A stretch of DNA of 64,000 nt from Bacillota bacterium (GCA_050952625.1 JBMNLH010000001.1:832001-896000); one strand, 5' to 3'. Counted from the stretch's first letter, positions 31,424-42,373 are shown. Translations and numbers: made by a program. Notes: generated by a model not told the origin, from the sequence alone.

Positions 31424-34400
31424 ATGACCAGAAGTGGTCCTCAACCCCAGACAGAAGCCAGGGACGAAAGTCACTGGCTTAACAATTCATCTCTACCCAT
31501 TTCAATTCGGGAAGCTCTTGAAAAAAGCGAAGTAGACCAGGTTGAGGTGGATAGGAGGGCTCGAAGCTGGGCAGTACACTTGCTCTTACCGGGACCGATC
31601 GATGCGAGACATCTGCAACAGATAGTTGAGATCTGGCAGAAGCGAATTCCAGATCTCCAGCAGGTTCAGTGGAAAATACATTATCAGTATTCGCCGGACC
31701 GGGTAGTTAACTTATTAAGCAGAGATTGGCCGGGCTTTGTGAATCAGATTATAAAAGATATTCCTTCATTAAAAGGTTGGCTGGAAAATTCCTCTTGTCA
31801 TGTGACAGACAATAACCGGCTGGTAGTGGTGTTGTTTAGCCGATTAGCCTATCAGTGGTTGGAGGGTAAAGGTGCCCGGGGGTTGCTGACGAATTGGTTT
31901 CAGCGGCATTTGGGGTGGTCTCCCCAGGTATTCTGGGATGTCGATGAGACCGGTGTCCAACAACTACGAGAGACCGCAGAAGCTGATCAGCGTTATGTAG
32001 CAGAGATATTAGTTAAAGATAACCGAGGAGGAACGTCTAATAAGGAGATCGGGCGGGTACTAAAGTCAGAACAATCGGGGAAATCGGGGATAACAGACAA
32101 GGTTTGGTTTGGGCGGGAGATTAAATCAGAGGCAGTGCCGATTAAACATTTAATTGAAGAAGAAAAGTCGATTACTGTTCAGGGCCGAATATTTGATTTA
32201 TCAATTCGTGAATTAAGAAGTGGTCGGACCTTAGTGGTTTTTAATATTACAGATAATACCGATTCGATTACGGTCAAGATTTTTCTAGAAAGTAAGGACA
32301 AAGCTCGAGTGCTGGAGTATTTACGGGAAGATGCCTGGATATTAGTCCGAGGATCGGCACAGGTTGATCGTTTTTCTCAGGAACTTACCCTGATGGCGCA
32401 AGATATAAATGGCGCAAAGGCTCCAGAACGAAAAGATCTAGCCGAAGAAAAGCGAGTGGAACTACACTTGCACACGAAGATGAGTTCAATGGATGGACTG
32501 GTCAATATTAAAGATTTAATGAAGCAACTCGCTAAATGGGGGCATTCGGCTGTGGCCATTACTGATCATGGAGTTGTTCAGGCTTTCCCCGATGCTCATG
32601 AAGTGGCGGCGAAGTATGGGATTAAAGTGATTTTTGGAGTTGAGGGTTATCTTACTGAAGAAATAAAACCTAAAGCGGGGAAGAATAAAAATCGTTCGCG
32701 TTCTTATCACATAATTATTCTGGCCAAGAATCAGACTGGGCTACAAAACTTATATCGTTTAGTTAGTTTATCGCACCTGGAGAATTTTTACCGGCATCCG
32801 CGTCTAGCCAGGGAGAAAATTCAGCAGTATAGGGATGGATTGATCCTGGGCACCGCTTGTGAAGCTGGTGAATTAATTCAGGCATATTTAAGGGGAGAAC
32901 CTCGGGCAATTCTTGAAGAGATAGCCTCATTTTATGATTTTATTGAGATTCAACCGACCGGCAATAATGAGTTTCTTATCCGAAATGGTCAGATACCAAG
33001 CTTAGACGGTCTGCAAGACATGAATCGCAGCTTATTGGCGATCGGCGAAAAATTAGGGAAACCAGTGGTGGCAACGGGTGACGTTCATTTTTTAAACCCG
33101 GAAGATGAGTGTTACCGAAGAATACTTCAGGCGGGAAAAGGCTTTGAAGATGCAGAACTACAGGCACCCCTTTATTTACGAACTACCGAAGAAATGCTGG
33201 AGGAGTTTAGTTACCTGGGACAAGAAAAAGCTTATCAGGTCGTGATCGAAAACCCACAATTTATTGCTGCTTCGATTGAAGAACTACAGCCAGTCCCCGA
33301 AGATCTGCACGCCCCAAAAATTGAAGGGGCAGAGGAACAGATTACTGAAATGACTTATCAGCGAGCCAAGGAACTATACGGCGATCCCTTGCCCTCACTG
33401 GTTCAGGCTAGAGTAGAAAAAGAGTTAAATTCAATTATTAGTAATGGCTTTGCTGTCTTATACTTAATTGCTCATAAATTGGTCCGTAAATCCAATGAAG
33501 ATGGTTACCTGGTTGGATCTCGGGGATCGGTCGGTTCTTCTCTGGTGGCTACCTTGACTGGGATTACCGAAGTGAATCCGTTGCCACCGCACTATCGGTG
33601 CGGGCATTGCCGATACAGTGAATTTATAGTAGACGGCACGGCCGGGTGCGGTGCGGACCTGCCGGATCGTCAATGTCCAAGGTGTAAGACTATGTTAACG
33701 AAAGATGGTCATGAGATTCCTTTTGAAACTTTTCTTGGTTTTAAGGGAGATAAGGTACCGGATATTGATCTTAATTTCTCCGGTGAGTATCAAAGTCGGG
33801 CCCATCGCTATGTTGAGGAATTGTTTGGCAAGGATCATGTTTATCGGGCTGGAACTATTGCCACAATCGCGGATCGGACTGCTTATGGTTTTGTAAAAAA
33901 ATACCTGGACGAACACCAGATGCGGTCCCGCGAGGCCGAAATAATGCGATTAGTCAAAGGATGTACTGGGGTGAAAAGAACTACCGGCCAGCACCCGGGA
34001 GGTTTGATGGTTGTTCCCACGGGTAATGATGTGCATCAGTTTACCCCGGTTCAGCGACCAGCTGACGATACGGAATCAGAAGTTATTACGACCCATTTCG
34101 ATTACGAGGCGATCAGTAGTCGATTAGTTAAACTAGATATCTTGGGTCATGATGATCCGACAGTAATCAGGATGCTTCAGGATTTAACCGGTATTGATCC
34201 ACGCGTTGTCAAATTAGATGAACCAAGAACGATGCAACTTTTTTCCGGAGTAGAATCTCTGGGGGTTACTGCGGAACAAATCAGGTCTACCGTAGGCACT
34301 TACGGCGTCCCGGAATTTGGAACAAGATTTGTTCGGCAGATGCTAGAGGACACCCGTCCGAAAACGTTTTCGGATCTAGTGCGGATCAGCGGTTTTTCTC

Positions 34401-35182
34401 ACGGCACAGATGTTTGGCTGAATAATGCCCAGGATTTGATAAAAAATGGTCGTGTTAAACTGGGGGAAGCCATTTCAACCCGGGATGATATTATGACCTA
34501 CTTAATTCAGCGGGGAATGGAACCTTCTTTGGCTTTTAAGATTATGGAGGATGTTCGAAAAGGTAAAGGAGTTAAACCTGATTTTGAGGAACAAATGAAG
34601 GCCAACGGAATTCCTGATTGGTACATTGACTCTTGCAAGAAAATAAAATACATGTTTCCTAAGGCCCACGCTGTCGCTTATGTAATGATGGCGTATCGAA
34701 TTGCCTATTTCAAAGTCTATTATCCCGAGGCTTTTTATGCTAGCTTCTATACGGTCCGGGCTGATGAATTTGACGCCCAGTTAATTGTTGGTGGCAGTCA
34801 AAAAGTCCGCGCCAAAATTGAGGAGTTGGACCAAAAAGGAAACGATGCTACGGCCAAGGAGAAAAACTTGTTGACAATACTTGAGGTCGCTCTGGAGATG
34901 TATGAAAGAGGAATCGAACTGCTCAAAGTAGACTTAGCCAAATCCGATGCCCAACGGTTTCTGATTACTCCCCAAGGGCTATTGCCGCCGTTGGTTGCTT
35001 TACAGGGAGTAGGTTTATCGGCGGCTGCAAGTATCGTTGAGGCTCGTAAGCAACGCTTTTTTACCTCGATAGAGGATCTGCGCAACCGGGCCCGGCTGGG
35101 CAAGAATATTATTGATGTTCTCTCGGAACATGGCTGTTTGGATCGATTGCCTGAATCAGATCAGCTTAGTTTGTTTGATTGA
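31424..35182 (+). CDS. polC: DNA polymerase III PolC-type, without the inserted 3'-5' exonuclease domain
   Basis: OB fold, PHP (ELHLHT, TDHG, GTAC, GDVH), GSRGSVGSS, KVPDIDLNFSG, YMFPKAHA. Confidence 0.97.
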   Translation: MTRSGPQPQTEARDESHWLNNSSLPISIREALEKSEVDQVEVDRRARSWAVHLLLPGPIDARHLQQIVEIWQKRIPDLQQVQWKIHYQYSPDRVVNLLSRDWPGFVNQIIKDIPSLKGWLENSSCHVTDNNRLVVVLFSRLAYQWLEGKGARGLLTNWFQRHLGWSPQVFWDVDETGVQQLRETAEADQRYVAEILVKDNRGGTSNKEIGRVLKSEQSGKSGITDKVWFGREIKSEAVPIKHLIEEEKSITVQGRIFDLSIRELRSGRTLVVFNITDNTDSITVKIFLESKDKARVLEYLREDAWILVRGSAQVDRFSQELTLMAQDINGAKAPERKDLAEEKRVELHLHTKMSSMDGLVNIKDLMKQLAKWGHSAVAITDHGVVQAFPDAHEVAAKYGIKVIFGVEGYLTEEIKPKAGKNKNRSRSYHIIILAKNQTGLQNLYRLVSLSHLENFYRHPRLAREKIQQYRDGLILGTACEAGELIQAYLRGEPRAILEEIASFYDFIEIQPTGNNEFLIRNGQIPSLDGLQDMNRSLLAIGEKLGKPVVATGDVHFLNPEDECYRRILQAGKGFEDAELQAPLYLRTTEEMLEEFSYLGQEKAYQVVIENPQFIAASIEELQPVPEDLHAPKIEGAEEQITEMTYQRAKELYGDPLPSLVQARVEKELNSIISNGFAVLYLIAHKLVRKSNEDGYLVGSRGSVGSSLVATLTGITEVNPLPPHYRCGHCRYSEFIVDGTAGCGADLPDRQCPRCKTMLTKDGHEIPFETFLGFKGDKVPDIDLNFSGEYQSRAHRYVEELFGKDHVYRAGTIATIADRTAYGFVKKYLDEHQMRSREAEIMRLVKGCTGVKRTTGQHPGGLMVVPTGNDVHQFTPVQRPADDTESEVITTHFDYEAISSRLVKLDILGHDDPTVIRMLQDLTGIDPRVVKLDEPRTMQLFSGVESLGVTAEQIRSTVGTYGVPEFGTRFVRQMLEDTRPKTFSDLVRISGFSHGTDVWLNNAQDLIKNGRVKLGEAISTRDDIMTYLIQRGMEPSLAFKIMEDVRKGKGVKPDFEEQMKANGIPDWYIDSCKKIKYMFPKAHAVAYVMMAYRIAYFKVYYPEAFYASFYTVRADEFDAQLIVGGSQKVRAKIEELDQKGNDATAKEKNLLTILEVALEMYERGIELLKVDLAKSDAQRFLITPQGLLPPLVALQGVGLSAAASIVEARKQRFFTSIEDLRNRARLGKNIIDVLSEHGCLDRLPESDQLSLFD

Positions 35183-35250
35183 GTCCTAGTTATTGACAAT
35201 ATAGAGACAAGTAGAGATACGTTAACCGTCCCAATACGAAAATGACTAGT

Positions 35251-35368
35251 TTATCTGAATCAAAAGACTCCCTCTTCTATAAGTGGGGATACTTTGATTA
35301 ACATTTCAGATTGAGCCGAGTCTCCATCTGGAAGCCTCAGTGTTCTGCGAAGCTGAACCCAGTTTACT
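35251..35368 (+). mobile_element. ~115-bp dispersed repeat, copy A (resembles non-autonomous IS200/IS605-end-derived element)
   Basis: Shares TCTGAAT..AAAGACTCC..CTTCT.TAAG and AGTCTCCA.CTG..GCCTC..TGTTC.GCGAA.CTGAA with copy at 53431; CTCCCTCTT-CTAT-AAGTGGGG hairpin. Confidence 0.65.
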
Positions 35369-35430
35369 GTCCCGGCTATGAATACAATCTGTCCCCGTGT
35401 GCCATTAGCCGCCTTAATTTAAGCTAGCTC

Positions 35431-35459
35431 TTGTCAACCTAAAACAGCTATGTTATAAT
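35431..35459 (+). promoter_or_regulatory. sigma-A promoter of rimP-nusA-infB operon
   Basis: TTGTCA-N17-TATAAT with extended -10 TG. Confidence 0.85.
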
Positions 35460-35503
35460 AACCCTGTCATTGATTAAGATTTGCGGATAGTACAGGAGGA
35501 GGT

Positions 35504-35533
35504 AAAGAGTGGGTAAAAGCCCACTCTTTGTTT
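35504..35533 (+). terminator. rimP leader attenuator hairpin
   Basis: AAAGAGTGGG-TAAAAG-CCCACTCTTT then GTTT; matches the hairpin commonly found upstream of rimP. Confidence 0.85.
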
Positions 35534-35637
35534 ATGAATTCTGTTTGCCATAATGAGCCGCGTTTAAAAACGAAGCAGGAGGTGACCGGCGCATAATACT
35601 CTCTCAGCATAGGGGGGTACCCGGCGCCAAGTATTTA

Positions 35638-36186
35638 ATGAAGCAACGCTCAAAAGGGTCCCATAAATCGCATTCTCAAAAACAAGAGGCCAAGAGGGGG
35701 CTATTTTTTGGCGGAGCAGGAGGATCAAAGGATAGAATTGAAACTATAGTGACTCAAATGGTTGAGCCATTGGTTGAAGCAATGGGTTTGGAACTGGTTG
35801 AGGTCAATTATCTTAAAGAAGGTCCAAACTGGTACTTGCGCATTTTTATAGACAGACCGGAAGGTATTGACCTAGACATTTGTCAGGCTCTGAGCAATAA
35901 GATAGAGCCGGTCCTGGATGAAGCCGACTTAATCAGCCAGGCATATTATCTTGAAGTAAGCAGCCCTGGATTGGAACGTCCGCTGAAAAAAGAAGCGGAC
36001 TTTCAGCGTTATCAGGGAAATAAAATTCGGGTTACGACATATGCGGCGGTAGAGGGAAAGAAAGTCATGGAAGGTACCTTAAAGGGTTTATCGAATGGAC
36101 AAATCATGTTGGAATGGGAAGACAGAATCATTTCTGTACCTCTGAATATGATTGCGTCTGCCCGTCTAGCAGTAGATTTCGATTAA
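35638..36186 (+). CDS. rimP: Ribosome maturation factor RimP
   Basis: LRIFID, YYLEVSSPGLERPL; start codon uncertain. Confidence 0.95.
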   Translation: MKQRSKGSHKSHSQKQEAKRGLFFGGAGGSKDRIETIVTQMVEPLVEAMGLELVEVNYLKEGPNWYLRIFIDRPEGIDLDICQALSNKIEPVLDEADLISQAYYLEVSSPGLERPLKKEADFQRYQGNKIRVTTYAAVEGKKVMEGTLKGLSNGQIMLEWEDRIISVPLNMIASARLAVDFD

Positions 36187-36236
36187 CCATGGTCAGATGA
36201 GTCAATTTAAAACAGAATAAGGAGGACTACCTGCCA

Positions 36237-37337
36237 ATGAATCAGGAGTTTTTCCAGGCACTTCGTGATCTAGAAAAAGAGAAAGGAATCGGAGCGGAGA
36301 TCATATTAGAAGTTATAGAGGGGGCCTTGGTTTCAGCTTACCGTAAAAATTTCGGTTCGCTCCAAAATGTTCGAGTCGAAATTGATCCGGATTCTGGAAA
36401 AGTTAGAGTACTAGCTCGGAAACTTGTCGTTGATGAGGTTAAAGATTCCCGAGCCGAGATTTCTATCACGGAGGCTCAAAGACTTGACCCTCGGTATGAA
36501 CTCGAAGACGTGGTGGAAATTGAGGTAACTCCCAGAGATTTTGGCCGGATTGCTGCCCAAACCGCTAAACAAGTAGTCGTCCAACGGTTGCGTGAGGCGG
36601 AACGGGGAATGATCTTTGAGGAGTTTGCCAATCGAGAAGGGGATATTGTGACCGGTTTAGTCCAGCGTCAGGAACAGAGAAATATTCTGATTGACTTGGG
36701 TAAGACTGAAGCAATTCTTACTCCTTCGGAACAAATGCCGGGTGAAGAGTACCGGACAGGTGAACGAATAAAGATTTACATCGTCGAAGTAAAAAAGACG
36801 ACTAAAGGGCCCCAGATTTTAGTGTCCCGGACTCACCCAGGGTTACTAAAACGGTTATTCGAATTAGAAGTGCCGGAAATTTTTGAAGGTGTAGTCGAAC
36901 TAAAAAATGTCGCCCGGGAGGCCGGAGCCCGTTCCAAGATCGCGGTCCATTCCCGGGATGAGAATGTGGACCCGGTTGGGGCATGTGTTGGACCTAAAGG
37001 AATGCGGGTTCAGGCAATTGTCAATGAGCTGCGGGGAGAAAAAATTGATATTATAAAATGGAATTCAGACCCGACAAGATTTGTGGCAAATGCTTTGAGT
37101 CCGGCTAAGGTACTAACGGTAGAGATTCAGGAAAAAGATAAGATTGCTCGGGTCATTGTTCCGGATTATCAGCTGTCGCTAGCGATTGGTAAAGAGGGTC
37201 AAAATGCACGACTGGCGGCTAAATTAACTGGTTGGAAGATCGATATAAAGAGCGAATCACAAGCCGGTTATTACCTGGAAGAAGACTTTCTAGAAGAAGC
37301 GCATAATACGGAAAGTGATAATGATTACCAAGAATAG
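36237..37337 (+). CDS. nusA: Transcription factor NusA
   Basis: FGRIAAQTAKQV, LFELEVPEI, LSLAIGKEGQNARLAAKLTGWKIDI. Confidence 0.99.
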   Translation: MNQEFFQALRDLEKEKGIGAEIILEVIEGALVSAYRKNFGSLQNVRVEIDPDSGKVRVLARKLVVDEVKDSRAEISITEAQRLDPRYELEDVVEIEVTPRDFGRIAAQTAKQVVVQRLREAERGMIFEEFANREGDIVTGLVQRQEQRNILIDLGKTEAILTPSEQMPGEEYRTGERIKIYIVEVKKTTKGPQILVSRTHPGLLKRLFELEVPEIFEGVVELKNVAREAGARSKIAVHSRDENVDPVGACVGPKGMRVQAIVNELRGEKIDIIKWNSDPTRFVANALSPAKVLTVEIQEKDKIARVIVPDYQLSLAIGKEGQNARLAAKLTGWKIDIKSESQAGYYLEEDFLEEAHNTESDNDYQE

Positions 37338-37340
37338 GGG

Positions 37341-37616
37341 GTGAGCAAGATGGTCCGGGTGAAAAAAATCCCTCAGCGTAAGTGTGTCGGCTGTCAGGAG
37401 ATGAAGAATAAAAAAGATCTTATCCGAGTGGTTCGTACACCTGAGGGAGATATTATTGTTGACCCGACTGGTAAAAAGGCCGGTCGCGGAGCTTATGTTT
37501 GTCTATCATTAGACTGTTTAAACCAAGCCATCAAAGGCAAACATTTGGAAAAAGCACTTGCTCACCCAGTTGGTGCAGAAGTTTTAGAGTTGCTTCATGA
37601 GAAAGTGGTGACTTAA
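37341..37616 (+). CDS. ylxR: YlxR (RnpM) family RNA-binding protein
   Basis: PQRKCVGC, LIRVVR, GRGAYVC. Confidence 0.95.
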   Translation: MSKMVRVKKIPQRKCVGCQEMKNKKDLIRVVRTPEGDIIVDPTGKKAGRGAYVCLSLDCLNQAIKGKHLEKALAHPVGAEVLELLHEKVVT

Positions 37617-37622
37617 ATATTT

Positions 37623-37958
37623 ATGAGTTGCCATGCGGCAGAAAAATGGAAATCCTTAATCGGGTTAGGTTTTCGCGCCGGTAAGGTGATAACCGGGACC
37701 GAAGCGGTGTGGTCAGTTCTAAAAAAGAAAAGGGCTTACTTGGTAGTTGTCGCTGAAGATGCATCTGTCCGTACCAAGGCGGAGTTTCTCAGGGCCTGTG
37801 AAGAAATTGGAATTCCTTGTATTGTATTATCCAAAAAAGAAGTTTTAGCAAGTTGTACCGGTCAATCGCCCCGAGCAGTGTTGGCAATAACTGATCAACA
37901 GATGGCCAGAGCCGTTCTCAGGGTAGTTCGACCAGAATTTAGTTCCGCTAATGGTTAG
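37623..37958 (+). CDS. ylxQ: L7Ae/L30e family protein YlxQ
   Basis: [22 protein letters not shown]; between ylxR and infB. Confidence 0.9.
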   Translation: MSCHAAEKWKSLIGLGFRAGKVITGTEAVWSVLKKKRAYLVVVAEDASVRTKAEFLRACEEIGIPCIVLSKKEVLASCTGQSPRAVLAITDQQMARAVLRVVRPEFSSANG

Positions 37959-37975
37959 ATTGTGGGGGTGATTCG

Positions 37976-40954
37976 ATGGCAAAAATTAGGGTGCATGAGT
38001 TGGCAAAAGAAATGGGACTTAATAGCCGGGACCTAGTAAACCGGCTCCTGGATCTAGGGATACAGGTTAAGAATCATTTCAGCACCCTCGAAGAAACAGA
38101 AGTAGCTAGGATAAAAAGTTATGCCCTGAAGCAAACTCATGTCTTAGAAAAAGCAGAAGCTGTTGTAAAAAAGAATGATCCGGCATTAAGTCAACAAGGG
38201 CTATTGACGACAAACTCTTTGGGCGTTAAAAATGCAGAAAGCGAAAAGAATAATAAACGGCCGGATAACCAAAATACAGCAGCTCAGCCCCAAGATAAGC
38301 GGGGTTTTGAACGTAAACCAGTTTCACGTACGGACGGTTCTAGAAAAACATCGGAACGTCCAGGAGGCCGTGAGCCTGATCGATCTGGAGCACAGCCCAG
38401 TTATCCTTCGGGAACAGACCGGAGGGGGCATAGGCCAGATCAGAGGGCGTTTAAATCCGAAGGTCAGCCAATTAGACCTAGTCAGCTTGATGGACCGAGT
38501 AGAAGTGATGGTCATATCCAAGACTCAGGTCACCGACCGGTCGCTAATACTGGACCCCGGAAAGATCGAGTGCCGGGACCCCGTAACGGTGAGCGGAATT
38601 TTGGGCGTCCAGAACATGGATCAGTTGATCGGAGACCAATTCAGGGGAGACCGTCGAGTGATCGACCCATGAATAGACTCCAAGGCGACCGTCCGCCAAT
38701 AAATAGACCCCAAGGTGATCGTCCGGCAATGAATAGACCCCAAGGGGACCGGCCACCAATGAACAGACCTCAGGGTGACCGATCACTAATGGGTAGACCC
38801 CAGGGTGATCGTCCAGGAGGAAGACCAGGTGATCGTAGTGGCGGAAGACCGGGTGATCGGGCAACCGGCAGACCGGTTGGTCAGGGTGTAGCCGGGTCCA
38901 AACCGATTGTTACATCATCGGCGATATCAGCTAAACCAAGTAGCCGAACGATAGACCGCGACAAGGCTAAAGTACTTGGCGATTCATTACCCGGGCGAGG
39001 GGCTAAAAAATCAATACCATCCAAAAAAACAGATCTGAAAAAAGCTCCGGTACGTCCTTTGACTGGCCGAGATAAGTTTGACGTCCACAGGATTATCGAA
39101 GATGATCACCTTGATTTAGGTCGGGGCCGTAAAAAAACTGGTCGGCATGGTGGCAAAGGGGCAGCTAAGAATAAGGCATCCCAGTCGATAACTGCACCAA
39201 GTTTGCCAAAATTAGTGACGATTGGCAAGGCGGTGACTGTTCAAGACCTAGCTAGTGCGCTAAATAAGACTGCAGCAGAGATAATCAAGCGGTTAATGGC
39301 TATGGGGGTAATGGTTACGGCAACTCAGACGATTGACTTTGATACAGCTGCGTTAGTTTGTAGTGAACTAGGCGTCGATGCTAAACCAGAGATTACTCAG
39401 GAAGAGGCGTTGCTGCGGGATATTGTTGATGACCCAACTGCTCAGGTAGAGAGACCGCCAGTTGTAACAGTCATGGGTCACGTTGACCATGGTAAGACGT
39501 CACTATTAGACGCGATCCGGCGGACCAAAGTCACGGAAAATGAGGCTGGGGGTATTACCCAACATATAGGTGCTTACCAAGTGGAGGTAAATGGGAAAAA
39601 GATATCTTTTATTGACACGCCCGGTCACGAGGCTTTTACCGCGATGAGAGCTAGAGGGGCCCAGGTAACCGATATAGCTATTTTGGTAGTAGCCGCAGAC
39701 GATGGAGTAATGCCGCAAACGATTGAAGCAATAAATCACGCGAAGGCAGCTAATGTCCCAATTATTGTGGCGATTAATAAAATTGATAAACCTACGGCCA
39801 ACCCAGATCGAATAAAACAGCAGTTAACTGAATATGGGTTACTAGCTGAAGACTGGGGTGGAGATACTATCTGTGTACCGGTATCTGCCCATACTCGGGA
39901 AGGTTTGGATACCCTGTTAGAGATGATTTTACTAGTCGCGGAAATGACTGAGTTTAAAGCCAATCCGGATCGAAATGCCAAGGGTACGGTTATTGAGGCT
40001 CAGTTAGATAAGGGACGTGGCCCAGTAGCCACAATGCTTGTGCAGCATGGCACTTTGCGCGTGGGGGACTCCATCTTAGTGGGGCTGACTTATGGCAAGG
40101 TTCGGGCTATGGTAGACCATCGGGGTGAATGGCTGAAAGAAGCAACTCCCTCAACGCCAGTTGAAGTACTCGGTTTAGACGAGGTGCCGATGGCCGGTGA
40201 TATTTTCCAGGTAGTTTCAGAGGAGAAGATTGCTCGTCAGATTACTGAAACCAGGCAGGATCAACGGCGAGAAGAGGAAATGCACAAAATGACCCGGGTT
40301 ACCCTAGACGATCTTTTTAAACAGATTAAAGAGGGTCAAATAAAAGAATTAAATCTGATTATTAAGGGTGATGTCCAGGGGTCAATTGAGGCCTTACGCC
40401 AGTCATTGGAGAAATTGAGTACGGATGAGGTAAGAGTAAACTTGGTGCATACCGGGGTCGGGACCATTACTGAAAGTGATGTTATGCTGGCTTCTGCCTC
40501 TAATGCAATTATTATCGGGTTTAACGTTCGGCCAGATCAGAATACCCGCCGGGCTGCTGAACAAGAACAGGTGGATATTCGGCTTTACCGGGTAATCTAT
40601 GAGGCAGTTGATGATATACGGGCCGCGATGAGCGGATTGCTTGATCCAGATTGGAAAGAAGTTGTCCTTGGACGAGCCGAGGTTCGGGCTACTTTTAAAG
40701 TACCCAAAGTAGGAATAATAGCCGGCAGTTATGTATTAGAAGGAAAAATTCTTAAGGGTGCTGAAGCAAGGGTAATTCGCAATGGGATAGTAGTTCAAGA
40801 TAGCAAAATCGATTCGTTGCGGCGTTTCAAGGACGATGTTAAAGAGGTAGCTCAGGGATATGAGTGCGGCATTGGTCTTGAGAATTTTCATGATCTCAAG
40901 GAAGGCGACGCTATTGAGGCTTATATTATGGAGAAAGTGGAACGTTCTCTTTAG
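37976..40954 (+). CDS. infB: Translation initiation factor IF-2
   Basis: [35 protein letters not shown]. Confidence 0.99.
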   Translation: MAKIRVHELAKEMGLNSRDLVNRLLDLGIQVKNHFSTLEETEVARIKSYALKQTHVLEKAEAVVKKNDPALSQQGLLTTNSLGVKNAESEKNNKRPDNQNTAAQPQDKRGFERKPVSRTDGSRKTSERPGGREPDRSGAQPSYPSGTDRRGHRPDQRAFKSEGQPIRPSQLDGPSRSDGHIQDSGHRPVANTGPRKDRVPGPRNGERNFGRPEHGSVDRRPIQGRPSSDRPMNRLQGDRPPINRPQGDRPAMNRPQGDRPPMNRPQGDRSLMGRPQGDRPGGRPGDRSGGRPGDRATGRPVGQGVAGSKPIVTSSAISAKPSSRTIDRDKAKVLGDSLPGRGAKKSIPSKKTDLKKAPVRPLTGRDKFDVHRIIEDDHLDLGRGRKKTGRHGGKGAAKNKASQSITAPSLPKLVTIGKAVTVQDLASALNKTAAEIIKRLMAMGVMVTATQTIDFDTAALVCSELGVDAKPEITQEEALLRDIVDDPTAQVERPPVVTVMGHVDHGKTSLLDAIRRTKVTENEAGGITQHIGAYQVEVNGKKISFIDTPGHEAFTAMRARGAQVTDIAILVVAADDGVMPQTIEAINHAKAANVPIIVAINKIDKPTANPDRIKQQLTEYGLLAEDWGGDTICVPVSAHTREGLDTLLEMILLVAEMTEFKANPDRNAKGTVIEAQLDKGRGPVATMLVQHGTLRVGDSILVGLTYGKVRAMVDHRGEWLKEATPSTPVEVLGLDEVPMAGDIFQVVSEEKIARQITETRQDQRREEEMHKMTRVTLDDLFKQIKEGQIKELNLIIKGDVQGSIEALRQSLEKLSTDEVRVNLVHTGVGTITESDVMLASASNAIIIGFNVRPDQNTRRAAEQEQVDIRLYRVIYEAVDDIRAAMSGLLDPDWKEVVLGRAEVRATFKVPKVGIIAGSYVLEGKILKGAEARVIRNGIVVQDSKIDSLRRFKDDVKEVAQGYECGIGLENFHDLKEGDAIEAYIMEKVERSL
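38669..38875 (+). repeat. Coding tandem repeat in infB: five 30-bp units ([10 protein letters not shown]-like) then shorter GRPGDR units
   Basis: Units begin at 38669, 38699, 38729, 38759, 38789. Confidence 0.9.
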
Positions 40955-41019
40955 GAATCCTCAGACAATGAATATTACTCTCGGCGTTAGACTTGCGTGA
41001 ATCAGGGGGTGTTGATTTT

Positions 41020-41400
41020 ATGGGATTTCACCGGGCTAATCGGCTGGCTGAAGAAATGAAAAAAGAAGTTTCCCAAATCCTAAGGGAGGAGATCAAGGAT
41101 CCTCGGGTCGGCTTTGTAAGTGTTACCCGGGTAGAGGTATCCTCCGATTTGCGCTATGCCAAAGTATTTATCAGTGTATTGGGCAGTCAGGAGGAACGAC
41201 AAGAGGTAGCGCGGGCCTTAAAAAGGGCTGGCGGTTTTATTCGTTCGGAATTGGCTCGCCGGATTAGATTACGTTTTACCCCAGAATTAACCTTTAAAAT
41301 TGATGACTCAATTGAACACGGGGTGCGGATTGCTAATATTTTGGATCAAGTGAAGAACGACGACTTGAAATCAGGGGGGATGCCGGATGGAGAATCATGA
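41020..41400 (+). CDS. rbfA: Ribosome-binding factor A
   Basis: IKDPRVGFVSVTRVEVSSDL, LRFTPELTF. Confidence 0.98.
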   Translation: MGFHRANRLAEEMKKEVSQILREEIKDPRVGFVSVTRVEVSSDLRYAKVFISVLGSQEERQEVARALKRAGGFIRSELARRIRLRFTPELTFKIDDSIEHGVRIANILDQVKNDDLKSGGMPDGES

Positions 41401-42373
41401 GTCTCTAGTTGAGGTTCTCCGTCTTGCTGACCGAATTCTCATTGCGTCTCATGTAAATCCGGATGGTGATAGTATCGGTACCTTGATTGGTTTAGGTCTG
41501 GGGTTAGAGTCTCTGGGTAAAGAAGTGATTTTGGTAAATAGTGACAGAATCCCCTCTATGTATAGTTATTTGGATGGAGCAAGTCGGATACTTCGCCCAG
41601 AGCAAGTAGAAGAAGTGCCGGATACAGTTGTGCTGGTTGATTGTACTGATGTGGAGCGAGTTGGTCCGGGCTTAGCCGAACGGCTGAAAAAGGCGGCAGT
41701 TTTAGTCAATATTGATCATCATTTGAGCAATTCACGTTTTGGTCACTATAACTTAGTAGATGAGGAGGCAGCGGCTACGGCTGAGATTGTTACTAGACTC
41801 TTAGGTCCGTTGAAAATTAAGCTTAATCAATCGATTGCCACTGCCTTATATACCGGGTTAGTGATGGACACCGGTAGTTTTCGTTACTCCAACACGACTG
41901 CCGCTACCCACCGTTTAGCAGCTTATTTTTTGGAACAGGGAGTAAATCTAGATCAAGTTAGAGATAATTTGTTTGAAACTCGCCCCCTAGCCATGCTTCG
42001 CCTAATGGGCGAAGCGCTGCAGACGTTGAAAACTTCACCTGATGGCCGACTGGCTTGGGTGGAGATTACTCAAGAGATGCTTGACCGTACCGGGGCGCGG
42101 GATGAACATTGTGAAGAACTGATTAATTATCCACGTTCTGTGGCCGGCGTAAAAATAGGCATACTTTTTCGAGAGGTTTTCCCTGGAAAAGTAAAGGTGG
42201 GATTTCGTTCGAAGTGTGGTGCCGACGTAAATAAACTGGCGGGTCAGTTTGGCGGTGGCGGACATAGAAGTGCTGCCGGATGCGTAATTAACGAAAGGAT
42301 GCCTGAGGTGGTTAACCGGGTAATCTTGGCGGCGGAGGACCTCTTGAAACAAGATTTAAAGCAAGAGCTGTAA
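41387..42373 (+). CDS. nrnA: DHH family oligoribonuclease/pAp phosphatase NrnA
   Basis: HVNPDGD, IDHH, DTGSF, GGGGH. Confidence 0.92.
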   Translation: MENHESLVEVLRLADRILIASHVNPDGDSIGTLIGLGLGLESLGKEVILVNSDRIPSMYSYLDGASRILRPEQVEEVPDTVVLVDCTDVERVGPGLAERLKKAAVLVNIDHHLSNSRFGHYNLVDEEAAATAEIVTRLLGPLKIKLNQSIATALYTGLVMDTGSFRYSNTTAATHRLAAYFLEQGVNLDQVRDNLFETRPLAMLRLMGEALQTLKTSPDGRLAWVEITQEMLDRTGARDEHCEELINYPRSVAGVKIGILFREVFPGKVKVGFRSKCGADVNKLAGQFGGGGHRSAAGCVINERMPEVVNRVILAAEDLLKQDLKQEL

